A stretch of DNA of 64,000 nucleotides from Azolla caroliniana (taxonomy: Eukaryota; Plantae; Polypodiophyta), in assembly GCA_043228905.1 (NCBI GenBank), contig JBHGNT010000001.1, positions 31,062,001 to 31,126,000 of the forward strand. The letters are read 5' to 3'. The position numbers and the translations under genes were made by a program. Under the pieces are notes generated by a model. It was not told the DNA's origin. It was given only the letters and a program-made list of their open reading frames with translations, and made no database searches. This document shows, in pieces, positions 51,201 through 64,000 of the stretch. Every line of letters begins with the position of its first letter. Positions within the stretch are counted from its first letter, which is position 1.

Positions 51201-54200
51201 AATGAGTTTGGATTTTTTTATATTAAACAGAGCTTAATGATGGGCCTCTTATAAAACCAAAATCAGAGAAAGACGGGGACAAAGATAGAGAAAGAGAAAA
51301 AGACAAGGATGTAGTGGAGAGAAAAAAAGACTCAGAAAAAGACAGAGAGAAAGACAAATTTTCATCCCATCTTGGAAGGGATGCCCTAAACCAAAAACCA
51401 TCATTTGCCCCAAATAAAGACAAGTATTGGGCAAAGCCAATAAATGAACTCGATCTTTCTAACTGTGAGCGATGCACCCCCAGCTACAGGCTATTGCCAA
51501 AAAGTGTGAGTAATCCATATCTATTTCCATCCTCACAATGTGGGATTTTCTGTCATCAAGTCAGAATTATTAATGCTTTCTAACAAAGACTGTGCTTTCA
51601 AATGTTACCAGTATCCAAAGCCAGTAGCAAGTCTACGGTCAAAATGGGCACATTCTGTGCTAAATGACAAGTGGGTATCTGTCACTTCTGGAAGTGAAGA
51701 TTACTCTTTCAAGCATATGCGGAAAAATCAATATGAAGAGAGCCTCTTCCGATGTGAAGATGACAGGTATTGTGGTTTGTGTATGACGCTGTAAACATTA
51801 TATGCAGAAACTGGCATGTGGCTCTAGAAATATTATAATGGAGTATGACTTCCCCCATGGCAGATTCGAACTTGATATGCTGCTGGAAACCACCGCTGTG
51901 ACAACACAGAGAATGGAAGAATTTTTGCAGAAGTTACAGGAAGTGAATGTTAAACAAGATTCCCAGGTTCAAATGGGCGACTATTTAAAAGGTAACAAGT
52001 AGCTTATATATTTGGAACTTGTCATTTGAGATACCCTGAATGGTAGCAGGACTAATTAACAGTTTAATACATTGTACAGCGATACACTTCAGGTGTATTG
52101 AACGAATATATGGAGACCATGGGCTTGATGTAATTGATCTTCTCCGTAAGAATGTGTCTGTAGCTCTGCCTGTTATTCTCAATCGCCTTAAACAGAAGCA
52201 GGAAGAATGGTCAAAATGTCGATCAGACATGAACAAAGTCTGGGCAGAAGTCTATGCTAAAAACTACCACAAATCATTAGATCACCGCAGTTTCTACTTC
52301 AAACAGCAAGATAAGAAGAGTCTGAGTACGAAAGGTAACTCTTGTTAAATTCTATAAGCTTTGCCAATGGTCAATCTGCACTTTGAAAATGACCAACTGA
52401 ACTAATAAACTTGGTAGTAGGTTTCTTATTTCTGTGCAAGTAATGCATGTTCATACACAGCACCTTCTGGTCCTGCTATACTTTCGGTTAATCCCCATGT
52501 TTATACTCTTAACTATGTTTGCTCGTACAGTATACTAATGGTATTTTTCACTGAAAACAAAAAATTAATAGGGTCAAGGATTGGAATGCATATTCTTTAC
52601 AAGAATTTCTGTATTTTCTGTACAGTTTTGCTTCAAATTGTTGAAATTGTTCTTTGGCTATGTTGTACAATAAGAAAGTTACATTGTGTAGGAAATAGTA
52701 AGTTAACCAGTTCTAGGACCTGGGTCCTCTTTGAGTGTTGTTAAAGATCGTCAATGCAAATGTCTTAATGGAGAGAAACGTTTGGGTCATGGCTCTTTGA
52801 GATTATGGTGTCAATCTGATGTACATTATAAAGATTGGGCTTTCTTAAATATAGGTGCTTTAAATTTGTTGCACTACCACTATAGGAGATGTTGGTTAAT
52901 ATTTTGCCATATCTCTGTCTTCAATAAAAGGAGATATTAATAGGATATAGAAACAAACTGCTTTAAAAATGGTTACGATACATTTCTGAGCATTTGGTGA
53001 GAAAAATAGTTTTTATGCCAGGTTAATGTTACACATTGAAATCTCACTTCACTGATTTTCTGCAAAGCTTTGTGAAAATAGTGTATTCATAATTCATGTA
53101 GCTCTTGTTCAATAATGTCCTGCGGCTGTAACCCTTTTAACTGTTGTTGTGCAGCATTATTGGCTGAAATTAAAGAAATCAGTGGGAGGAAGCAGAGGGA
53201 TGACGATGCAATTCTTTCACTTTCAGTAGGAAGTGCCAGTCCCCGCAGTCCTGACTTGAGTTTTGAATATCATGATAAGGGCATCTATGATGATTTATAC
53301 CAGATCATAAAATATTCAGCTGATGAGATTTGTTCAAGTATGGAACAGTCTGACAAGATAATGCGGTTGTGGACAACTTTCCTTGAGCCATTTTTTGGTG
53401 TACCAACACGACCTCAAGGTACAGAAGATACTGAGGAGGTTGTGAAAGTGAAGCCCTCTGTTGTGAAAAATAATGAGCATGGCAACATTGGAAGTCTTTC
53501 AAATGCTGCAAATGGAAGAACTACAGAGAAAAAACCTCAAAATTCAAGGCATAATGCATCTCCTGCAGAAGATGATCCAACATTAAGTAAACCTGAATCA
53601 GGAAAATTTGTGAGAACTGCAACAAATAAGCCTATTTTGGATCCTAAGACAGAGAATCCTGGATCCAGATGTCCTGCAAATATTTTAGTTCTACCAGAAC
53701 ATTCCGATGCTGTTGAAAGAAGTGCTGAACCTACACTGCCTTCCCAAATTTCATTAGGTAAATAGATGGTGTCCACATTTATTTTACATTTGACATGATG
53801 TTTACTTGAAGTGCTAATACTGTTTCAATTTTCAGGTGGAGTGCAGACAAGTATTTGTGACTCCTTGGTGGAAAAGGTTCTATTTCCTTAAGTTTTGAGC
53901 TAAATAATTCTATAATTGTTTCCAGCAAAACATAGCTGGTACTGCTTTTCTTTGATTCAATTTACGTGCCTTCCTGCATGTAGGGAACTGAAGCAAGAAG
54001 AGAGAATGAAACGGCAGAATCAAAAATTGATGCTGATGGGTTGAAATCTTCTTATGGTGATCTTCCATTAGATTGTTCGACAGGTAGACTAGAAAGGGAA
54101 GAAGGTGAACTATCACCGTCTCCCGAAGCAGAGGAAAGACATCCAAACAATGCAAGTGGTGATTCTACACAAGCAGAGAAAGTATTTGGTAACAATGTGT

Positions 54201-56413
54201 CTAATCATGTATTAGGAAATCAGGGAGGTGAAGATGAAGATATGGAATATGATGGTGAAGCGGAAGGTGAGCATTGTGCAGATGTTGATGATGAAGAGGA
54301 GAGTGCACAGAAAACAGGTGAAGATAGTGAAAATGCTTCAGATCCTGGTGAGGATGTTTCAGGAACAGAGTCAGGAGATGGAGATGACTCACCTGAAGAC
54401 CGTGAAGATGAAGAGGATGAGGACGAGCAACAGGAAGGAGAGAATGAAAGTGAGGGTGAGGCGGAAGTTGTGGCTGATGCACATGATGGTCAAGGAAATG
54501 AGATCTCTTTGACATCTTGGGATAGACTATTGCTATCATGCATGCCTTTAACAGCTCATGACCCTTCTGCTGCTGCAAAGTCAGCATTTGGTAGAGACAG
54601 TAGAGTTTTCTATGGAAATGATACATTGTATGTTCTTTTCAGGCTCCATCAGGTATTGCCAATCCATCAAGATTGTATCAAACCTCTTCTGGGAAATATG
54701 ATAAATCTGGGGCATTTTTATTTAAAATGCATTTCTTTGTTTGTGTTGGTTGTGTTTTCTATGAACTTGTTTATTTCAGACACTCTATGAGCGGATTCTT
54801 TCTGCAAAGACCAATGCAAAGGCAGCTGAACAAAAATGGAAGCCGTCCAAAGGTCTCACAACTCCAGACTTGTATGAAAAGTGAGTAGAGACTTATATGA
54901 GCGGATGTTTGTCTGCTTATTGGGAATTAAACTGACTTTGTTCTTGGGATTTATAGATTCATGAGAGTCTTATACGATCTTTTAGATGGATCAGCGGACA
55001 ATGTCAAATTTGAGGATGACTGCAGATCTATAATTGGAACACAGTCATATGTGCTCTTTACCTTGGACAAACTGATTTACAAACTAGTTAAACAGGTAGT
55101 TTAGCTTCATGCTTTAGCTACATCTGGATATTTTATGGCTAGTCGATTTTTTCTTTGGTATCTTGTTAATAACCTCTGGTCTAAGAAGGTGTTTCATTAT
55201 TCTATTTGCAGCTTCAAGCAGCAGTATCTGATGAGACAGCAAACAAACTTCTTTCTTTACATTTATATGAAAAATCTCGTTTGTCTGGAAGCTTTATGGA
55301 TGATGTTTACTACGCGAACGCATGTGTAGTACTGCACGATGATAACATTTACAAATTTGAGCATGTAAGATTTACACAATTGTGCGAGGGTATAAGTTTA
55401 TTTTAACATCCAACCTGCAGAAACTTGATGATCTTGTATTTTTTCCAGACTTCAAAATCACAATTGTGTATTCAGCTTATGGAGGATAGAAGCCCTGAAA
55501 AACTAGAGCTGAGTGCAAATGCCATTGACCATAAGTTTTCAAAATACTTGGATACTTTCTTATATGAAGCTGCAAATACAGCGAACACAGATCGTATATT
55601 CCTTGCAAGGTATGTTCTTTTCAAATCTCATCTTGTTAGTAAAGGTTTAGCTTCTATTGCCACATTCACTCCATAATTTTGGTTGCTTCTCTGAACATTG
55701 TCTAACCTACATGACTCGCTTATAGAAGAGCAGCTAATGGCTAAATTTAATTTCTATGTGCCTTTCTCTACCTACATCAAATTATAATTATGTTTTTTCT
55801 AAAATCTTAGTGTTTTCATTTAAGTTTGCATGCCTAAGTGTGTCCCCACAAGTAAATTGTAATTATTGTGGGGTGTTTATTTTAGTATATCCTTTTTTTG
55901 TATGATAATCAAGATTTTTTTGTATTGTTTTCGATAAAAAGTCTTCTCAGTTGTAAACTATGCATTCAATTAGGAGAAACTGGCCGGAAACATTGAACAT
56001 TTTTCCTACCTTTTAAGTTAGAATCTTACCTTGATGCATGTTTGCTGACTTTTGTATGACGTTGATGGATGATGAGTTTTATAGGAATAAGCATTATTAC
56101 ACCAAAGAAGGTGAACATGCTGCGTTCACTAGGGCTATGAAAAATGTGATTATTGCAAATGGTCTGGAGTACAAGATATCTTGCAATACTTCAAAGGTTA
56201 ATTTCCTATCACAATTTTAGATTGATTTCTTTGTGATGAATGAATTCCTTTTAATATTCCTTTTAATACTGTGGCTTTCGATGCTTTGATGTTTTGAAGG
56301 TCTCTTATGTATTGGATACAAGGGATATTTTCTTCCGTAAAAACAGGAAACGGAAAGCCTCCAGGGACTGGAGATTTCAAAAGTTCAATCAATGGCTTAG
56401 TAGTGTGTCGTAA
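48207..56413 (+). CDS. SNL: SIN3-like (paired amphipathic helix) co-repressor, multi-exon
   Basis: MKRSRED start; PAH1 ([17 protein letters not shown]...[13 protein letters not shown]), PAH2 ([14 protein letters not shown]), PAH3, HDAC-interaction domain ([51 protein letters not shown]), acidic region, Sin3_C ([58 protein letters not shown]). TAA at 56411-56413. Confidence 0.96.
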
Positions 56414-58399
56414 AGCAACAGGTAACAAATTTGTAATTTTAATTATATATCATTCATGGTATCATAACTTGTATGAAGCATTGATCTGATTGACTTTTGA
56501 GGCCCAGCATTTTTAATCTCATTAATTTTGGGGATTTGATTTCTTTTAGAGGAAATATCTTTCGTCTTCTTTTTTGAAAGATCTGTTCAGCTTTTTAGAT
56601 CAGGTGTTTTGTTATCTAAAAAATAACTAACTTAATTCTGATCACATGTATGAATAATTGATTTTTCAGTCTCATTATTTGTATGACTTCAGTTTCTTTT
56701 CCCTCTTTCTTTTAAAAGAATTATTTCAGCTGTTCATACCATTTATTTATTTTTCAGCTCTTTTAATAGTCTTTTGCTATTTTTGTTATGACATTCTGTG
56801 CTCTTTTCTTCATATAGCGAAACTCAAGTGCACTAGACAAATTCCGGATACTTGTACATGAGAAAGGACAATTTCCATAGCTGTTCCCCTTAATGTAGCA
56901 GGATTGTGTTTTTGACATTATCTTTCCTATTGAAAGATAAAGATTTATGGTGCACATGGGGAAGCATGGTTTCTGACATCAATGGATACTAGCGTCGTCG
57001 TCGAAGATTGTAATTACTAGTCAGATTTCTCATCCACTTGAATGCCAGAGAAGTTCACACATATATCAATTGAAGCTGAACACAAATGCTCATATACCTA
57101 TTGGCCTTAAAGCTGAGAAAGCTTGTTCCCTGTGTATTTTGATGGCATTATTCACGTGCCGAATTCAGAAGATTCATACAGCATTTGAATTGACCTTATG
57201 TATGATGCGATAGCAATATATGTATGCCAATTGTACTATTTTACTTGGGAGGAAGACATTTCTTCTTAAGGTCTAAAGGTCTCTTTGGAAGCCATGACAA
57301 ATTGGAACCAAGGGATCAGCACAAAGTGGCTTTAAAGCTCATCTTGTAAACGGAAGCTGAAGAAATGCAAGCTGATCAAAGTATTTGTAACAAAGGTCTT
57401 GACAGATGTATTTACAACACTAAACCCTAGCTTTTTTGGATGAGCTAACTATTTGTGTTCCATTTCTAAAGTTGGGACCATGTTTCAACTATTTTTTATC
57501 AGAGTTTGAATTGTATGAGACGCGAGCTGATTATAGATGAGAATCACACTAACATCGGCATGATTGTAACATTTAGTATGGTTATCATTGGTTGTACGTA
57601 TGTATGCGCATGGTTTTCAAAGATAAGTTCAACTTGGTGAATAAGTACGTGTAAGACTCTTGAAACAAATTCAAAATAATAAAGCCATCATATTTAGAAT
57701 TTTTTTATCAATTACATTAAATATTAGAATATAAAATCTGCTTTTGATGGCTTCGTTTACATAATGCGCTGGCACTATCTTGTAAAAGGTCAAAATAATG
57801 TAACATTAAAACTATTGATCAAGACTTGGAACACATATTTGTATCTTTGATTCTTTGTTTGTTTGGCTAGATGAATGAGGATGTTCAACATAGCTTGATG
57901 CACATGTAGTTAGCTGGAAATATCATTGGTTAAGCCTCATTCCACATTTCGATGTGGATTATAAATTTGTCTCTTAAGTTAAGGTATCATAAGTTTTTGT
58001 TTGTTCACATTTTGATGTGGATTACTATGTCATGTTTGCATTGAGTTTCATCTAAGCACTTTGTCCTTATTCTTAGCCAATTAAGCTTTGATAGATAATG
58101 GCCTCAAATGATCCATGTAACTCCTCAAATGCTTCATGCATTTTATCATGTAATTTATTGATTGACTATATAATTGCCCAAGTAGAATATTGACCTTGCA
58201 TGAGGCAATATAAGTTGCATGAATGGTGCAAGTGTTGATGAGATATATATGAGTGAATTAGGAGAGAAAGTCAATTGTAAATATTTGTTAGTGTAATTTG
58301 TTCTCTTTTTCAAGTCTCAATGATTTCTTTCTTTTGGGTTATGTTTTGTCGAAGTGTGCAATGTGTGGTGCCATGTTGAGTTATTGTTGGTTTCTCAAT

Positions 58400-59330
58400 T
58401 TGCTTTTCATGGTGATTCTAGGACTATACAATGCATACATAGAAGAAGTCATAGGTAAGAGGTAAAAATGTAGAGGTTCGGGGTAGAATTTTGCTCAATG
58501 TGCCATACCATCCTCTTGGGTGACAAAGATTGTTAAAGCCATTGGATAGTATAAACCTTGTTAATCCTTAGATATCTCAACAAGTTGTGTTGATAATTGT
58601 CCTTTTGCAAGGTACAAAGTTTGAGAGAGTCGTCAATAAAGGAGATAAACATACATAGTCCAAACTTACAATGACAATATAGAGGACTACAAATGCTAGG
58701 CAAGCACATTGGAATTGCTTACTAGGCTCCAATAATAGACCGTGTATATTTGATGACTACAACAAGATGACATCCATCCATCAATCAAATACATGAGCTT
58801 TTCTCCAACAACATTCCATGCGAGTACAATGGCTCATTCCCATATCACCTAATAGCCCTTATGAGTGTTTTTGCAATTATACATGTTCAAGGATAGTCTC
58901 TAGGTGATTCTCACTTAGTTCCATTTGGTGCCTAATGACATCTATGATGAACTTGGGGGCTTCAAGAGGATGTATGAATTTGTTCACTCGAGTACTACCT
59001 GACAATATTCCAGCTCCTATCTATCTTGAAAGTTCCACTAGAATCCAAGAGGCCAATAGTAGCTTGGCACCACGTTCCATACTTAACAAGCCTTCCACAA
59101 ACTCTACACATTCTTCGATATTCCAACCACTTTGTAGATGACTTCCTTCGCTTGGACAAAAGGGTGCCTTAGGTCCTCAAGGTGCTTCTATGACAAGCTT
59201 TGGTCATACAACCTCCCAACTAGAATCAAGAAGTACATATGTGTCTGTGTTGATATCTTACATGTAGTGAGGTCATGCATTAATATGAGTGTTTGTGCTC
59301 TTGGAAGAAAGAGTCAAGACTAGGCATGAA
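58400..59330 (-). mobile_element. Possible highly decayed LINE RT remnant
   Basis: The minus strand near 58700-58780 reads DVILL*SSNIHGL, like the DD.ILL.SS..GLQ motif. Weak otherwise. Confidence 0.3.
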
Positions 59331-59897
59331 ATGGATTTAACGGAGTCATAAAATTCTGAGGGGAATTGACTTTGTTAAATTTGGATTATCATATGGTTGT
59401 TCGAAGATTAAACCTCTTGAAAGGTATGTGTATAGGGACATAACCTTAGAGCAATGACAACATGGAAAAACTAGGATTGGATCTTCATGGTGGCTTATTG
59501 ACAAAAGTGTTTAGTAATATAAATGCTCAAAATATATCACAATTTAACTTAGTGCTCTCATGACAACGAAGTTTGAGGTTGGTCAAATGGTAGCTACTGC
59601 AGTGAAAACTACATAGTAAATTGACACGAGACCATTACATTTGATCTCATCTTCTACGAGGGGACCTAGCCCTCTTCTTTACATCAACCGCTTTCCGGAA
59701 CAAAATGACATTATTCTTGTCTAAGCAAATTATGGTGAAGCAACGGGAGCTCCCTAAATTTCTGCTTTATATTACTATGACACTTATTTATCTTATTTGG
59801 GAACTCAATTCAATTATGGGAAACTTGAAGGTAGTTCTTGTAGCATCAGCGAAGGCATAGTCTGCAAATAATTATGTTCAAAAAATCTCAACATTTG

Positions 59898-59970
59898 GGT
59901 GGAGCTTACCGTAGTGGTAAGTCGTTGGAATGTTAATCTCACGTCTTCGGTTCGAATCCGGTCGACACCT
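59898..59970 (+). tRNA. tRNA-Asn(GTT)-like sequence, probably a pseudo-tRNA
   Basis: A-box-like TACCGTAGTGG, D-stem CTTAC/GTAAG, loop ATGTTAA (GTT), perfect B-box GGTTCGAATCC, outer acceptor pairing GGTG/CACC. The anticodon stem and inner acceptor stem pair poorly. Confidence 0.6.
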
Positions 59971-60143
59971 TCTCACTTCTCTGTAATTCATCGAGAGATC
60001 TACTCTCTGTCTCTGTCTCTCTCGATGGATTTCCCGCCTGCTTCAGAACATGAAAATAGGAGGAAACGAGCCTCGCAGAGCTCTCTCTCTCTCTGGCCTT
60101 CTTCTTCTTCTTCCCTCCCTCCTCTCTCCTCTGTCGCTCTCGT

Positions 60144-61775
60144 ATGTTGTTGTTGTTGCAACGCACACCTCCTCTCAGAGCTCCAGTCGCCAGGATGGGA
60201 AGCCTCACTCCTCCTCCTTCGTCTGTTTCTGTAAGCACGGAGAAGAGAGGAGCCTTGATCGTCTTGGAAGGCCTGGATCGGAGTGGAAAGAGCTCCCAAT
60301 CTTTACAGCTCGCCAGTTTCCTGAGTAATAGCGGGATCCCTGTAGAATCGTGGCGTTTCCCTGATCGTTCTACGGCTATAGGAAACATGATCTCTGCTTA
60401 CCTCTCTACTACAGCTGAGCTTGATGATAATACTGTCCACTTGCTTTTCTCTGCTAATCGATGGGAGAAGAGGTAGGAATTTATCAATAATCTACCATCT
60501 CTCTGAATGTCTCTTGCAGCAGTCTTTATTTCCTCAAGTTGCTCATTTTATTCATCCGATGAATATGAAGAGCCTCTATGTGTGTCTGTGTCTCTGATTT
60601 GTTTCTCACTCTTTCGTTTTTTCCGTTCAGATTCTCAAAATGAGATAAATGATCTTAACGATCCCTTTTTTCTGAATTCCCATTAGAGGGCGTAATATTT
60701 TTTTGCTGATATGGGCATCTGATGCATGTAAGAAGACGTAGGGTTTACGAATCAGCTCCTTGAACGTATGGTAGACCATGTGAGAGAGGATGATGGATGC
60801 AGATTGATAAGCTTGGCCCTATTTTGAGTGTCATCATTTGTATATTATGGAGTTCAATCAATTAGTAATATCGAGATAAAATGATTGGACTGCATAATAC
60901 ACAAATGGTCAGAACCAACATAGGGCTAAACATATCAAATTGTTTGATCTTTTCGGGAATAATTAACTTCAAAATTTTAACTTCTATGATCCTGTTAAGG
61001 CTATAAATAATTTGTAAGGTTTATTTACAAAAGGTATCTCTAGAAGCTGGTAGAACTAAATATGCAAAGTATTAAAGCAAATTTATTCGAAGTTCTGAAA
61101 TTTCTTTTGCTGTGTTGATATGACAAAAGCAGATCTTTAATGGAAAGCAAACTGAAAGGAGGAACAACACTCATTGTGGATAGGTACTCTTTTTCAGGTG
61201 TTGCTTTTTCTGCTGCAAAAGGTCTCGATTTGAATTGGTGTAAGGTTTGTAGTTTTTGTTTGAAGTTTTTTACACTAACTTTATTCTGAAACAAATAACT
61301 TGCTCTTAACTAGTAATTTGAACTCTCAACAGGCGCCTGAAACAGGCTTGCCTGCACCTGACTTAGTTCTCTACCTAAACATACCAGCCCAGGTATCATA
61401 CCATATGCTTACAATTTATCATACCATATGTTGACAATTTATTACATGATGTCTTCAATCTGCCTCATAATGGTTTACATTGTATCTTATCACATGTTTA
61501 CAATATACCACATCACATGTTTACATCCTTTTGACAAACTCATTCAGGTAGCAGCAGAACGTGGTGGCTATGGTGCTGAAAGATACGAAAAACTGGATTT
61601 TCAGGTGGAAGTAGCTAAACAATATAGGCTTTTGCAAGATCCAACATGGCTGGACATCGATGCATCAAAGTCAATTGCAGAAGTTCAAGAAATGATACGA
61701 GAAGCTTCATTGAAAGTTATTTCCAAGTGCAAGAATGGAAAGGAGCTTAAACATCTATGGGAGTCCAGTTCATGA
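60144..61775 (+). CDS. TMPK: Thymidylate kinase (dTMP kinase); exons about 60144-60472, 61132-61245, 61333-61392, 61548-61775
   Basis: [19 protein letters not shown]-loop, [73 protein letters not shown] introns. Confidence 0.95.
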
Positions 61776-63135
61776 GGCATACTTTCATTATGGTAGGATA
61801 CTGTGCAGACAAAAACAGAATGTAAATACCATTGAACCTCCAAAGGGGATGAATACAGATAGGCAATTTGTTCCCCTTGTTCAACCATGCTTTGTTAACA
61901 TGGCAAACATTTCATTGCGCATAAGAGTACTTTACTGAACTGGAGTGTTATACTTCCAAGCCCTTCCTATCATATAGATTGTCTTCTGTTTACAAGTTTA
62001 TTTTTTGAGTGCTAATTTGGTATTCAGTTACATTTTTGGTATCAAGCTTCCCTTTTTCTTAGATTTCATGAAAAGGGTTGTGGGTACATGTCAGTTAGAT
62101 CTGTGATGGTTACGGAAATATATTGGAAATGAAGAGTCAGGTACTTCTTTGTCATCGTGTCTTCATGTGTTGGGTGTATAGATACTGATGAACTTCAGCC
62201 ATGAGAAGAAATATCACACTTGGACGTTTAAGGTTTTCCATGGCAAATTTTTCTTGGGAGTCCATTGCAACTAGGAATGACATTGCATTTTGCGCATGAT
62301 ATGTTGGGCATTATGGTTTCAAATGTGCCTTGGTGTTTTATAATGGTAATAAATCTGTTTAAAGACAGTAAATAAAACAGTTATCATAAGGTGAAGACAA
62401 GCAATATTAACAACAGAGAATACTCCTTTTTTCAATGTTATATAAAAAAGAGGGCTCGTTCCGCAGCATCTAAATCAAACATGTCTTCCCAAATGACATC
62501 AATTCTGGGTGAAGTTTCTATTTTGTTGACGATGTCTAGTATATTAGTGTCGATGATTCGGTTTTAGAAACAATGCCTGTAAACATTGATGTCGAGGCCT
62601 CACACCTTCGGAGGGCATTCTACAATCTGAAAACACGCCATACCATCTAGGAGTGGCATTGGGTAGCCAATTATATCCATCAATTGTGGTGCAACATAGA
62701 CAAGCACTCATGCCACTGCAATGTTAAGTCATTCACCCACTTTATGAATGGGCGATGATTCCATTATTTGAGAGTCATAGTAATTAACGATATTCCCACA
62801 ATAACTTCAGTAACATAATCTAGAAAAACAAAAACTAAATCTGAATGGTTGCGTCAATAGTTTTGGCCATTAGAGAGTAAAAAATAATAGTTTTGGTCCA
62901 ATCTTTCATCTTTGGGGACTGTTTGTAATCAAAGCCACCTTATATTGACATCCTATTGTGGGTATTATTCTAGGACCAGAAATGGCCTGACTTGAATGCA
63001 AATTTAGGACCAGAACTGGACAAATTAGTAGACAATGGTCGCAAGAATCTCTGCTTCTCTCAGAATTCTTCTCTCTAAGCTTCTGTCTATGACGCAGTCA
63101 ATTGAGTATTCTTCAAAGTTTCTGTTTGGGAAGCT

Positions 63136-64000
63136 ATGGCAGAGTCCTCCGCTTTAGATGGTATCATCAATATAATACAAAGATGCAGAGAAGGGAAGGA
63201 TTTGAAGCTTGCAAGAATTATATATGCATTCTTATGCGAGGATTCCTTGGAATCACATTATGTTCTAGGAAACTATCTCGTCTCGCTGCTGGTTGATTGT
63301 GGAAGCCTATCATCTGCTCGATACTCTTTTGACAGATTAGCTTATCAGAAAAACAGGTACGCGTGGAGCTCAATCATTTCTGGTTATATAGATTGTGGTG
63401 AGCCGCTTCTTGCCTTAGAATTATATGAGAAAATGACAGAAGAAAGAGTTCAAGCCAAGAATTTTACATATAGAGCTCTCTTAAAAGGTTGCATTGTTCT
63501 AAACGATGCTGATAAAGGCAGAGAAATACATGCTTCCCTTGTCAAAGAAGGGTTAGATCAAGACCCTTTCATTGGGAGTGTAGTTGTTGATGTATATGGA
63601 AAATGTGGATTCTTATTAGATGCTTTTTGTGTGTTTGAAAACTTTCCACTTCGAGATGTTGTTCTATGGACAAACCTCATCTCTAGCTATGCAGATCAAG
63701 GCTTTGTAGAGGGGGTTTTGGATTGTTTGGAAAGAATGCACCTATCTGGTCTCAATCCGGATTCTAGAACATTTGTATGTAGCTTGAAAGGTTGTAGTAT
63801 TACAAGAACCGTAGAAATAGGGCAAAAGATACATGGTGAAGTTGTGGTTAGAGGATTGGAGGGAGAGATATATGTGGGTCATACACTCATTGATATGTAT
63901 GCAAAGTGTGGGTCTCTACTAGAAGCAAAGATGTTGTTTGAACAGCTTCCAGTTCGCAGTGTAATTCCATGGACTTCATTAATCACAGGGTATGCTGATA
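63136..64000 (+). CDS. PLS-class pentatricopeptide repeat protein (truncated by the window end; the start may lie further upstream)
   Basis: Open frame from ATG 63136 to the end of the window with repeated PPR motifs: YAWSSIISGY, SVVVDMYGKCG...RDVVLWTNLISSYA, GHTLIDMYAKCGSLLEAKMLFEQLPVRSVIPWTSLITGYA. Confidence 0.9.
   Translation, partial: MAESSALDGIINIIQRCREGKDLKLARIIYAFLCEDSLESHYVLGNYLVSLLVDCGSLSSARYSFDRLAYQKNRYAWSSIISGYIDCGEPLLALELYEKMTEERVQAKNFTYRALLKGCIVLNDADKGREIHASLVKEGLDQDPFIGSVVVDVYGKCGFLLDAFCVFENFPLRDVVLWTNLISSYADQGFVEGVLDCLERMHLSGLNPDSRTFVCSLKGCSITRTVEIGQKIHGEVVVRGLEGEIYVGHTLIDMYAKCGSLLEAKMLFEQLPVRSVIPWTSLITGYAD

Noticed and set aside
21793-64000. Apparent clustering of organelle-related genes (PMI1, RRM, DHQS, TMPK, PPR)
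   Set aside because: They share no pathway, and such genes are common enough for this to be chance.

Overview
AT-rich land-plant nuclear DNA. PLS-type PPR genes, a PMI1/PMIR gene and the intron style suggest a non-seed plant such as a fern; this is an inference. Recognisable genes: a single-exon VQ-motif protein, a PMI1/PMIR-family chloroplast-movement protein, a non-specific lipid transfer protein with a problematic start, an organellar-type single-RRM protein, 3-dehydroquinate synthase, a SIN3-like co-repressor, thymidylate kinase and a PLS-class PPR gene running off the right edge. The intergenic DNA holds a decayed PPR gene, Ty3/gypsy and LINE remnants, two solo LTRs with target-site duplications, and a hAT-type MITE. 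The best novelty candidates are: (i) a 43-aa transmembrane, Cys-rich microprotein gene below the ORF-track cutoff, with (TTAGGG)6 in its leader and probable 3'-UTR introns; (ii) a solo LTR carrying a tRNA-like cloverleaf, nested in a hAT MITE; (iii) a tRNA-Asn-like element with an intact B-box just upstream of thymidylate kinase; (iv) recurrent degenerate minisatellites inside introns. All calls were made by eye without database searches.
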